Origin: Candidatus Cloacimonadota bacterium | Lineage (GTDB): Bacteria; Hydrothermota; E44-bin80 | Assembly: GCA_004375965.1 (NCBI GenBank) | Contig: SOIS01000239.1 | Coordinates: 1 to 43,001, forward strand | Direction of reading: 5' to 3' | Length of the DNA stretch: 43,001 nucleotides | Shown here: positions 8,668 to 17,628 of the stretch, piece by piece | Layout of the letters: each line of letters opens with the position of its first letter | Numbering within the stretch: the stretch's first letter is position 1 | Translations under genes and position numbers: made by a program | The notes under the pieces: generated by a model | The model's input: only the letters and a program-made list of their open reading frames with translations | Database searches by the model: none | Told to the model about the DNA's origin: nothing

Positions 8668-10011
8668 ATGGAAAGAGAGAGGAGAAAAAACCTGGTTTTC
8701 AAAAAATTCTTCAGAGTAAGTGATAGGGTTCTCTTTTCATTACTTGTACTTTTCTCAATACTTGCTGGGTGTACACACATGATTGTTAGGGCAAAGAAAG
8801 AACAGATTCCCGATGAAAATGTTGCAATTTCCTCTATAGCAAGAATTGACTCAATTTTAGGTTTTTTCTTTGACTGGCAGTTTGGGAGGGAAAAAATTGG
8901 ATTAATGCCTGAGTTAAAGGCAGAGTTTTCTGGCAAAGTAAGCATACCCGATAGGATTTTTCTCAAAGGAACACTGAGAACTGGTGATATAGTAGAGAAG
9001 ATTAATACGTACACAATAGAAGGAAAGGAATATACCTATAATAAGGAGACACAAATCTGGGAAGGTGGTGCAAAGGGCTCTTTTCCCAACCCATTAGAAA
9101 ATCTTAAACTCATTCTCTCCTTTGGTGAATTCACGTTCATTAAATTTGATAAATATAATAATTCTGAATGTTATCTTTTTTCATTTAAACCAAATGTTTA
9201 TTTTCTCGACCCTATCGAAGCAACAAAACCAGAGGGATTTTTCTGGATTTCTGAGAAGAAAGGGCTACCACTCAGGGTAAAGGTTTCATCTGAAAGAAGG
9301 CGTTTAAACTGGGATATGAGGTTGTCTAAATTCAATAGTTTTGCAAACATAAATGTTCCTTTTAGGAGTCAAAAGATACGAGTAAGTGGGATCAAGAATA
9401 TAGAAAGAGAAGTTGATTTGATAATGGATAGATTCATTTTCCTGGGATATGAAAAGCCGGATGTCACAATAGAAAAAATCGGTGATGTAGTATTTTCTAT
9501 TAAAGCGGAGAGGCTTTCGGATTCTATAATAAGCGATATCCTCAGAAAGGGAAAAGTAGATCTTTACATAGGGACCTGGCCAAAGGACCCCATTTTTGAA
9601 TTGAAAGAGAATCGTAAACTTGTTTGTGAAAAATATGGCGAAGGAGCACAACTCTTCTTTGAGAGAGGAATGGTAACAAAACCTGTGATTGCGGTGAAGA
9701 AAATCTTATCAAGGGATGCGCTTCACTCCTTTGAACTGAAAAATGACATCCTCGGAGAATACTCGATCTATGCGTATCTTAAATCAGAGGGAGGAGATAG
9801 TCTTAAGGAGATTGTTGAAAACTACCTGGATGAGCCAATGGTTGTTGTAGTTGATAACAGAGCAGTATCAGTTTCACTTATTCGAGATACATGGCTCGTT
9901 GAAAATAAAATCCCCATTGTTAAAGGGTTGAAAGGTAACGAGTCTATACGTATATTTACAAAACTAAAAAATAAACCTTTGGAAAAAGATTACGATTTTA
10001 CATGGGATTAA
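8668..10011 (+). CDS. Hypothetical lipoprotein: LolA/LppX-like N domain plus SecD P1-like C domain
   Basis: 447-aa ORF with lipobox ILAGC. The CYLFSF...FWISEKKGLPLRV...SKFN..INVP pattern suits a LolA/LppX-like fold. IMDRFIFLGYEKPDV and DEPMVVVVDNRAVSVSLIR resemble SecD periplasmic motifs. Confidence 0.65.
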   Translation: MERERRKNLVFKKFFRVSDRVLFSLLVLFSILAGCTHMIVRAKKEQIPDENVAISSIARIDSILGFFFDWQFGREKIGLMPELKAEFSGKVSIPDRIFLKGTLRTGDIVEKINTYTIEGKEYTYNKETQIWEGGAKGSFPNPLENLKLILSFGEFTFIKFDKYNNSECYLFSFKPNVYFLDPIEATKPEGFFWISEKKGLPLRVKVSSERRRLNWDMRLSKFNSFANINVPFRSQKIRVSGIKNIEREVDLIMDRFIFLGYEKPDVTIEKIGDVVFSIKAERLSDSIISDILRKGKVDLYIGTWPKDPIFELKENRKLVCEKYGEGAQLFFERGMVTKPVIAVKKILSRDALHSFELKNDILGEYSIYAYLKSEGGDSLKEIVENYLDEPMVVVVDNRAVSVSLIRDTWLVENKIPIVKGLKGNESIRIFTKLKNKPLEKDYDFTWD

Positions 10012-10023
10012 TAAGGAGGAATA

Positions 10024-10188
10024 ATGGATAAGAAATTACTTGATATCCTTGCATGTCCTAAGTGTAAGGGTGACCTTGAGTACGATGAAAAGAATCAGAA
10101 ATTGATATGTAGAAAATGCAAACTTGCATATCCGATAAAGGAAGATATTCCTGTGATGTTAATAGACGAGGCAGATAAAATACAGTAG
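10024..10188 (+). CDS. Trm112/YcaR family small zinc-ribbon protein
   Basis: Below the ORF-track size cutoff: [54 protein letters not shown], with strong SD AAGGAGGA. Confidence 0.95.
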   Translation: MDKKLLDILACPKCKGDLEYDEKNQKLICRKCKLAYPIKEDIPVMLIDEADKIQ

Positions 10189-10440
10189 GGAGTAAGTAGT
10201 AAGAAGTAAGCAGAGGGCAGAAGACATAAAAACAAAATAGACGACAGAAGAGTAGAATATCAGATTATCAGAGAATCAGAAACAGATATCGAATAACGTA
10301 TGGATAGAATTTTTTTGACGTTAAAACATAACTTCAATGTGATGCAAAAGTTACTATGAGGCTCGAAAAAATAAATAAAACTCCCAGTTTCTAATTATCG
10401 AGAATGGGAGAACCTTTATACAATATGAAGTGAGGTAAGA

Positions 10441-13400
10441 ATGAATAAGATAATTTCCTGCATTCTTTTTCTTGTTATCATTTCTTCTCTTTTTGCAGAG
10501 GATATTAGTATACTCAGTTCTTCGGAAAAGGGAATTGCTTTTGAGTTCAGAGTGCCAGCTTTCTCTGTAACTCCATTATTGATTGATAATAAAGAATACA
10601 AAATAATAGATATACGTGGAACAGGTATGATAAATGACATTGGAAAACCTGCCTTGCCTGTAAGATATATTTATGTTGCTCTTCCCTTAGAAACAGAGAA
10701 TGTAAAGATCTATGTAAAGAAAGAAGGGAAACAGACAATAAAAAATGCAAGAATTATTCCTGTTTTCCAAATGACGTGGAAAGACCAGAAAATTGAAGAA
10801 GACCCTGCTATTTATGGAAAAAATGCATATTTCCCTGGTAAGGATTACGAAGTTCTTTATGACAAGATTCTTCTTCATCAAAGGATTGTTAAGATCGCCA
10901 TCTATCCATTTCATTTTAATCCCTATATTAACGAACTAATATCATATAATACTATTAAGGTAAAAATTATGTTTTTGGGTGGAAAACAAAAAGAGGGAGA
11001 ATATAGGTTTCTGGGTATCCCGAATGAGCGGAGGTTAAAAAACCTTATTATTAATTACAATAAAGGACAATCATGGAGGAAAAAGAAGAAGGTTGGTAGA
11101 GGATCACTGCTCAACTATACACCATGGTATAAAATAAAGGTTTCTGAGGATGGGGTTTATAAAATTGACTATAACTACCTGAAGAACCATAACATTAATC
11201 CTGATAATATAGATCCCCGAACAATAAAGGTATACAATGGGGGAAGTTCAGTTCTCAATGATGATATTTTAATTGTACCGGGAGAAAATGATACAATACC
11301 GTATCAGATACCCATATACATACATGGTGAGGATGATGGGGAATTTAATAAGGATGATTATATCCTTTTCTACGGTCTTTCACTTACAGGGTGGGAGAGG
11401 TGTTCTGTAAGCGTCGGTGTTCCGCTCTTTTACAATCCATTTACTGATACCAATGTCTATTGGCTAACCTGGGGAGAAAATGAAGGTAAGAGGATGGAGG
11501 TAGTAGATGGAAGCCCATCCTTCAATGAGCCGTATACTCCATCCTGTTTCAAAAAGACTATACACATTGAAGAGAATCATCTTTGTCCTTCAAAATCAGG
11601 ATTTGGTTGGGTGTGGGAAGAGGTTGTTCTCCCAACAAATGTCAGTTCAATCTCCCGTAATTATGCATTTTCCGTCAAAAATCTTTACAGTGATAGTTTC
11701 GAGGTTTTTACTGCTGTATATGGTGCTACTACTGGAACCCATTGTATTGAACTTCAGATGAAGAGTATCCCATTCAGTGATACCTGCTGGGCAGGTATGA
11801 ATTATACTGCACCATTTACATGGCTTAGCGGTGGAACTAATCTGTCTTCTGGTGATAATACTATTACAGTAAGAGTTCATAAAGGTGGTGGGGGTGATAA
11901 GATATATATAGATTATTTTGAGGTCTCTTTCTACAAGAACTATAAAGCATTTAACAATGTTCTTGAATTCTCTATTAAAGAGGATGCACCGGTTGATACA
12001 ATCTATGAATTTAATCTTAATGGCTTTTCTGAATCTCCCTATATCTTTGATATTACTTCGCCATATAACACCAAAAGGATTACAGGTTCAACATTCAATT
12101 ATGGTACTGTAAAATTTCAGATCTTTGTATCTCAGGAAGAGAAAAAGAAATGTATAGCAACGAAGGTTTTTAAGACACCCGAATCTATCACTGAAGGAAA
12201 TCCAAACTCTCTGAGAAACGTGGATAAAGCCGATTATATAATCGTTACGCATAAAAAATTCTACTATGCAGCATCGGAGCTAAGGGATTGGAGAAGAAAC
12301 CATCTTTTGGGTGTTCAGAATCCTACTATTAAGATTGTAATGATTGACGAGATATTCGACAATTTTAGTTGGGGTCTTAGTGACCCTGTTGCGATCAGGA
12401 ATTTCTTCTATTATGCAGCGAATTTCTGGGAATATCCCCCTGGGTATGTGCTCCTTTTTGGCGGAGGCTCGTACGATTATAAAAATCTATTCAAAAGCCA
12501 GGAGCCCAAAAATAGCATTCCGGTTTATGAAACAGGGGATTATGTGCATTTTCAAGAATTGATGAGTCATAATCCCTGTTATGAAGATTTTTTTACTGAT
12601 TTTACTGGGGATTTACTGTGTGATATTCCTATTGGAAGGATAACTGTTGTAACACAAGAAGAAGCAGGTGATGTAGTTAATAAGATAATTAACTATGAGA
12701 CCAATAACCTTGGTTCCTGGAAAAATAGGATCATTCTTCTCGCTGATGATGAATTTGACTATAAAGGAATTGATGGTCTCTATCGATTCCATATTTCCGG
12801 AACAGAGGGAATATCACAACTTGTTCCTGGCCCGTTTGATCAAACAAAGGTATATCTGACTGAATATCCTGGAACTAATCCCGGAGCAGTTCCGCCTGGC
12901 AGTAAACCACAAGCAAGAAGTGCCTTAATAGAGGCTCTCGATAAGGGTGCTTTACTCGGGACATTTCTTGGACATGGGAACCTGAGGCAGCTAACACACG
13001 AACTTGTTTTTCATAGAGCTGATGTTGGGATGCTGGAGAACGATTACAGGGAACCATTTTTCTATTTTGGCTCCTGCAGTGTAGGCGATTTCGACAGAGC
13101 TGAAGAGGAAAGTATTGCGGACCTTTTGCAGAAAAGTTGTAGAAGGGGTGCAATTGCAACGTTAGCTTGCACAAGGACTTCTGGTTACTCCAGTATCACT
13201 GTACTTGGGAAAGAACTTGTTACTAACATACTTGGAAACAAAAATGCCACACTTGGTGATGGTGTATTTCTTTCAAAAAAGAATGCAAATTTTGGTAAAA
13301 CATATGCATTCTTTGGTGATCCTGCAACACCTTCTTTCCCTGATTCAATTGGTTTTCAGGCAACAATCAGTAGTGAAACCCTTGTTGGAGGAAGGAAAAT

Positions 13401-14373
13401 ACTGATTGATGGTCAGACAGATGATCCGGGATTCAATGGATTTCTATTTGCAGCAGCATATGACCCTATAAAAAGAATAGCCCATCCAGTTCCCACCACT
13501 TCAGACACGATTCGTTATAACCTTCCAGGTAATTCCATCTTTAAGGGTATCTTCAACATAACAGGTGGAAAAATAGATGCTGCATTTTTTGTCCCAACCA
13601 AGCTTGATTCTGGAAATACAGGAAGAATTAGTATGTATATCTGGGGTGATGCAAAGGAAGGCAGACGAAGTCTTGATTCCCTCATAACAGGTATTGATGA
13701 TACACTTTCTACTGATTCAATTCCACCCGACATTGAGATATACCATAGTGGAAAACTTCTTGGAGACGGAATGTCAATTCCCAGTGATGCAGAAATCATA
13801 GGCGTTCTGGAAGATGAGAGTGGAATTGATATAACTGGTAGAGAAAATAGATCAATATACCTTGCTATCAATGAAGATTATACTCATATAAAAAAGATAA
13901 ATGATTATTTCTTCTATGATATTAATAGCTCGACAAAAGGTTCGTTCAGGTATGCTCTTGGGCTCGAGTCAACTATGAAGACTGTTAGGTTGGAGTTTAC
14001 CTGCTACGACAATTGTGAAAACCAGGCTGTTAAAGTTCTTGACTTAAATGTTTATAGTGGAGAGGAATTTAGTCTAAGTAATGTATATAATTTTCCAAAT
14101 CCCTTTAAGAAAACCACATATTTTACATATTATCTTAGCCACCGGAGTTCTGTCACACTTACTGTGTTCACCATTACTGGGAAAACCATTTATAAAAAAA
14201 ACATTGTTTGTGAACCTGGTTTTAACAGGATTTTATGGGATGGGAGGGATGCAGATGGTGACAGGATAGCTAATGGTGTCTATTTTTATAAAATAAAGGC
14301 ACAAGCATCTGATGCACAGGATAATTTCCAAAGTAAAGCAGAATATAGAGGAAAGATTGCAATAGCTCGATAA
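10441..14373 (+). CDS. porU: Type IX secretion sortase PorU-like C25 (gingipain-family) peptidase
   Basis: Signal peptide, propeptide (GKPALP), WYKIKVSEDGVYKI, DDYILFYG, IFDNFSWG..DPVAIRNF, IGRI, ADD, catalytic GHG and SC, C-terminal VYNFPNPF...WDGRDADGDRIANGVYFYKI (FlgD-Ig/CTD); followed by porV. Confidence 0.88.
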   Translation: MNKIISCILFLVIISSLFAEDISILSSSEKGIAFEFRVPAFSVTPLLIDNKEYKIIDIRGTGMINDIGKPALPVRYIYVALPLETENVKIYVKKEGKQTIKNARIIPVFQMTWKDQKIEEDPAIYGKNAYFPGKDYEVLYDKILLHQRIVKIAIYPFHFNPYINELISYNTIKVKIMFLGGKQKEGEYRFLGIPNERRLKNLIINYNKGQSWRKKKKVGRGSLLNYTPWYKIKVSEDGVYKIDYNYLKNHNINPDNIDPRTIKVYNGGSSVLNDDILIVPGENDTIPYQIPIYIHGEDDGEFNKDDYILFYGLSLTGWERCSVSVGVPLFYNPFTDTNVYWLTWGENEGKRMEVVDGSPSFNEPYTPSCFKKTIHIEENHLCPSKSGFGWVWEEVVLPTNVSSISRNYAFSVKNLYSDSFEVFTAVYGATTGTHCIELQMKSIPFSDTCWAGMNYTAPFTWLSGGTNLSSGDNTITVRVHKGGGGDKIYIDYFEVSFYKNYKAFNNVLEFSIKEDAPVDTIYEFNLNGFSESPYIFDITSPYNTKRITGSTFNYGTVKFQIFVSQEEKKKCIATKVFKTPESITEGNPNSLRNVDKADYIIVTHKKFYYAASELRDWRRNHLLGVQNPTIKIVMIDEIFDNFSWGLSDPVAIRNFFYYAANFWEYPPGYVLLFGGGSYDYKNLFKSQEPKNSIPVYETGDYVHFQELMSHNPCYEDFFTDFTGDLLCDIPIGRITVVTQEEAGDVVNKIINYETNNLGSWKNRIILLADDEFDYKGIDGLYRFHISGTEGISQLVPGPFDQTKVYLTEYPGTNPGAVPPGSKPQARSALIEALDKGALLGTFLGHGNLRQLTHELVFHRADVGMLENDYREPFFYFGSCSVGDFDRAEEESIADLLQKSCRRGAIATLACTRTSGYSSITVLGKELVTNILGNKNATLGDGVFLSKKNANFGKTYAFFGDPATPSFPDSIGFQATISSETLVGGRKILIDGQTDDPGFNGFLFAAAYDPIKRIAHPVPTTSDTIRYNLPGNSIFKGIFNITGGKIDAAFFVPTKLDSGNTGRISMYIWGDAKEGRRSLDSLITGIDDTLSTDSIPPDIEIYHSGKLLGDGMSIPSDAEIIGVLEDESGIDITGRENRSIYLAINEDYTHIKKINDYFFYDINSSTKGSFRYALGLESTMKTVRLEFTCYDNCENQAVKVLDLNVYSGEEFSLSNVYNFPNPFKKTTYFTYYLSHRSSVTLTVFTITGKTIYKKNIVCEPGFNRILWDGRDADGDRIANGVYFYKIKAQASDAQDNFQSKAEYRGKIAIAR

Positions 14374-14422
14374 CGAAAACCAAAATACATAAAAACTTGT
14401 CTTCCAGATTGCCTTTTTTTGC

Positions 14423-14451
14423 TTGACATTTTTGGATTTTGTTGATATTAT
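14423..14451 (+). promoter_or_regulatory. Sigma70 promoter upstream of porV
   Basis: TTGACA-N17-TATTAT with extended -10 TG. Confidence 0.8.
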
Positions 14452-14485
14452 AAAAAAAAGAAAAGTAGTTGAAAAGGAGGGAAAA

Positions 14486-15490
14486 ATGAAAGGACTAATA
14501 AAAATAACAATCGTTCTCATATTTATTATTACTCTGTCAACGTTACAATTGCATGGATTTGCATCAGAAGCGGGGGCTATATTCCTGACTATTTATCCTG
14601 GTGCAAGACCCAACGGTATGGGAGGAGCGTTTGTTGGATTAGCGGACGATGCCCTTTCGACATTTTATAATCAGGGTGGAATGGCATTTATAGAGTCAAG
14701 AAATTTTTACCTAATGCATGCAAACTGGCTTCCTGGACTCTACCCTGGTATGTACTATGATATTGTTTCCTATGTGAACCCAATAAAAGGTTGGGGAACT
14801 ATAGGAGGGAACATAATCTATCTTACAACAGGAGAGACAGAGGCAAGGGATGACCAAGGTAATCCTGTTGGAACATTCAGAACATTTGATGTTGCATTTT
14901 CCTTAGGTTATGCGACAAAGATGAGTCCTTTTCTGGGGCTTGGAGTTGGAGCGAAATTTATTTATAGTTATCTTGCTCCTCCTGAAATTGTTGAGAAGGT
15001 TCTTCATATGAGAGGTGGAACAGGTATAAGTTGGGCGGTTGATATTTCTGCACTATACCATACTCCAATACGGGGTTTAAATCTTGGTGCCTCACTGCAG
15101 AATATCGGTCCTTCCATTCAATATGCACAAAGTGGTAATAAGGACCCATTGCCCAGAACACTGCGACTTGGTATAGCTTATAAACTTTTTGATACTGAGA
15201 CAAATAAATTAAATTTTCTTGCTGATATTACGAAGGTTGTTGTTAACTGGAGCGGTGATCTAAAAAAAGAGAATGAAGATACCTGGAAATCTATAGGGAT
15301 GGAATACACATATTTCAATCTTTTAACAGGAAGGATTGGTTATTTTAGAGATTCATCAGGTAAGAGAATAGGTTTTACGTACGGTGGTGGAGTACAGTTT
15401 AAGAATTTAATATTTGATATTGGTGTGGACGATAAACTCTATGAGTTCCCTACTTCGAACTACAGATTTTCTATCTCATACAGTTTTTGA
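14486..15490 (+). CDS. porV: PorV/PorQ family outer-membrane beta-barrel
   Basis: FLTIYPGARPNGMGGA...ADDA...YNQGG, HANWLP, NIGP...DPLP..LRLG, terminal aromatic ISYSF. ATG 14486 follows AAGGAGG. Confidence 0.88.
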   Translation: MKGLIKITIVLIFIITLSTLQLHGFASEAGAIFLTIYPGARPNGMGGAFVGLADDALSTFYNQGGMAFIESRNFYLMHANWLPGLYPGMYYDIVSYVNPIKGWGTIGGNIIYLTTGETEARDDQGNPVGTFRTFDVAFSLGYATKMSPFLGLGVGAKFIYSYLAPPEIVEKVLHMRGGTGISWAVDISALYHTPIRGLNLGASLQNIGPSIQYAQSGNKDPLPRTLRLGIAYKLFDTETNKLNFLADITKVVVNWSGDLKKENEDTWKSIGMEYTYFNLLTGRIGYFRDSSGKRIGFTYGGGVQFKNLIFDIGVDDKLYEFPTSNYRFSISYSF

Positions 15491-15491
15491 T

Positions 15492-16232
15492 ATGGAAGGC
15501 ATACTTTTGGTAAACAAACCCAAAGGACCAACCTCTTTTCATATTATTAAATTATTGAGGAAGATAACAGGCGAGAAAAAGATCGGACATTCAGGAACTC
15601 TCGACCCGAATGCACGGGGTCTACTCTTAGTTGCCTTTGGGAGGGCAACAAAGCTCATTAGGTTCTTGCAAGAACAAGATAAAGAATATATTGCCAAGAT
15701 TCTTTTCGGAGTTTCTACAGAGACAGACGACATATCAGGCAAGATACTATCCAAAAAAGATATCCCCCAAGTTCCTAATGATGTTCTAAGAGAGATTCTT
15801 AGAACCTTTAAGGGAAGGATACAACAGGTTCCTCCGAAATTTTCTGCTGTTAAACATAAAGGAGAAAGGGCCTATTCTCTTGCAAGGCGTGGAAAAGATT
15901 TCTTGTTAAAGGAAAAGGATGTGGTAGTTCATAAGATTGATTTAATATATTATTGCCATCCTTATCTGAAGATAGCGATCGACTGTTCTAAAGGGACATA
16001 TATTAGAGCGATAGCAAGAGATATTGGAAAGACATTAGGTACCTATGCCACTCTCTTTTCATTACTACGAAGAAGCATTGGAAAATGGACTTTAAGGGAT
16101 TCATTAAACATTGATGATATAATGGACAGGAAGTTGATTAGAAAACGCATTATACCAGTCTCAGAGTTCTTCAAGGATTTTCCTCAGATAACTCTGTGTA
16201 ATCCAAAATTTAAAAAAGTTTGTTCAGTTTGA
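15492..16232 (+). CDS. truB: tRNA pseudouridine(55) synthase
   Basis: VNKPKGPTS, GHSGTLDP, QVPPKFSAVK, CSKGTYIR; short form with no obvious PUA domain. Confidence 0.95.
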   Translation: MEGILLVNKPKGPTSFHIIKLLRKITGEKKIGHSGTLDPNARGLLLVAFGRATKLIRFLQEQDKEYIAKILFGVSTETDDISGKILSKKDIPQVPNDVLREILRTFKGRIQQVPPKFSAVKHKGERAYSLARRGKDFLLKEKDVVVHKIDLIYYCHPYLKIAIDCSKGTYIRAIARDIGKTLGTYATLFSLLRRSIGKWTLRDSLNIDDIMDRKLIRKRIIPVSEFFKDFPQITLCNPKFKKVCSV

Positions 16233-17179
16233 TGAAAATTGGATGGGGTCTTGAGGAAAAGGAATTTGAAAAATGCGAAAATATTATTACCATAGGAAGT
16301 TTTGATGGTATTCATAGGGGACACAGCATAATTCTTAAGAATCTCCTTAAACTTGCCACAAAATATGGCGGTAAGAGTATCGTTATTACTTTCGACCCAT
16401 TACCAAAGGAATTTCTTAAAAAGAATAATTATCAGGTAATTACAACACTCGAAGAAAAACTGAAAATCCTACAGGAGAATGGCATAGATGGTGTATGTAT
16501 AATCCCTTTCACAGAGGACTTTTCAAAAATTGAACCATATGATTTCTTAAAAAAGATATGGAAACATTTTCGTCCAGATGCTATTTCAGTTGGCTATACC
16601 CATCATTTTGGAAAAGATGGAAGTGGAGGAGTATCTTTGCTTGAAGAATTCTCAAAGGAAAAAGGGATTGATCTGCTGGAGGTCGAAGATGTAAAAGTAG
16701 ATGATATGACTGTAAGCAGCTCAAGAATAAGAGATTTTATAAATCGAGGCGAAATCACGAAAGCAAATGATATGCTTGGTAGAGAATTCTTTTTTTCAGC
16801 AACGGTAAATAGAGGTCAAGGTATAGGAAAGACTTTATCATATCCAACTGCCAATCTCAAAATTAACTCACTAAAAAAGATTCTTCCCAAGGAAGGTGTT
16901 TATGCTGCGAAGGTGTTGTTAAGTTCCAGAAATTATGGAGCTATGCTCTATCTTGGCAAGAGACCGACCTTTTATGAAGATTCTCGTTCCACCTGTGAAG
17001 TGTATATTATGGGATTTAAAGGAAATCTTTATGACAAGCAACTATTGGTTAAAGTGGTAGATAGAATTAGAGAAGAAAGAAAATTTCGTTCTGCCCAAAA
17101 CTTAAGAAGCCAAATCATGAACGACGAAGAGACTGCAAGAAAGATTATAAATAGCTTGGTTTCAAAACAAGGAGGTTAA
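16232..17179 (+). CDS. ribF: Bifunctional riboflavin kinase/FAD synthetase
   Basis: [34 protein letters not shown]; TGATG overlap with truB. Confidence 0.95.
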   Translation: MKIGWGLEEKEFEKCENIITIGSFDGIHRGHSIILKNLLKLATKYGGKSIVITFDPLPKEFLKKNNYQVITTLEEKLKILQENGIDGVCIIPFTEDFSKIEPYDFLKKIWKHFRPDAISVGYTHHFGKDGSGGVSLLEEFSKEKGIDLLEVEDVKVDDMTVSSSRIRDFINRGEITKANDMLGREFFFSATVNRGQGIGKTLSYPTANLKINSLKKILPKEGVYAAKVLLSSRNYGAMLYLGKRPTFYEDSRSTCEVYIMGFKGNLYDKQLLVKVVDRIREERKFRSAQNLRSQIMNDEETARKIINSLVSKQGG

Positions 17180-17180
17180 G

Positions 17181-17450
17181 TTGTCTTTGGACAGTAAAGT
17201 AAAGGGTAAGCTTATAGGAAACTTCAAGATACATGATAGGGATACGGGATCACCGGAGGTTCAAATTGCTCTTCTTACGGCAAGGATTAAGGATATAACA
17301 AACCATTTAAGAGTACACAAGAAGGATATCCATTCAAGAAGAGGTCTTCTGTTGTTGGTCAGTCAAAGGCGAAAACTCCTAAAGTATCTTTCAAGAAAAG
17401 GAGATGATCGCTACCGTGATCTTATCAAGAAACTTGGATTGAGAGCATAG
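17181..17450 (+). CDS. rpsO: 30S ribosomal protein S15
   Basis: [28 protein letters not shown]; TTG start after AAGGAGG. Confidence 0.97.
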   Translation: MSLDSKVKGKLIGNFKIHDRDTGSPEVQIALLTARIKDITNHLRVHKKDIHSRRGLLLLVSQRRKLLKYLSRKGDDRYRDLIKKLGLRA

Positions 17451-17628
17451 AGATAAACGCTGGTTTAATGTCAAAAATATACCCAAATAGTTTATTGTAA
17501 TCAGAGCAAAATATAGCAATATCTAACAGGGTGGTATTACGTATCTGGAAGGTTTATAAAAAAATTCAGGATTGGATTTTTAATGTGGTTCATTAACAGA
17601 TACTATAGATAACGTTTCAGGAGGTTAA

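Noticed and set aside
15492-16232. truB as a truncated pseudogene
   Set aside because: Catalytic motifs are intact, short TruB forms lacking PUA are known, and the stop is coupled to ribF.
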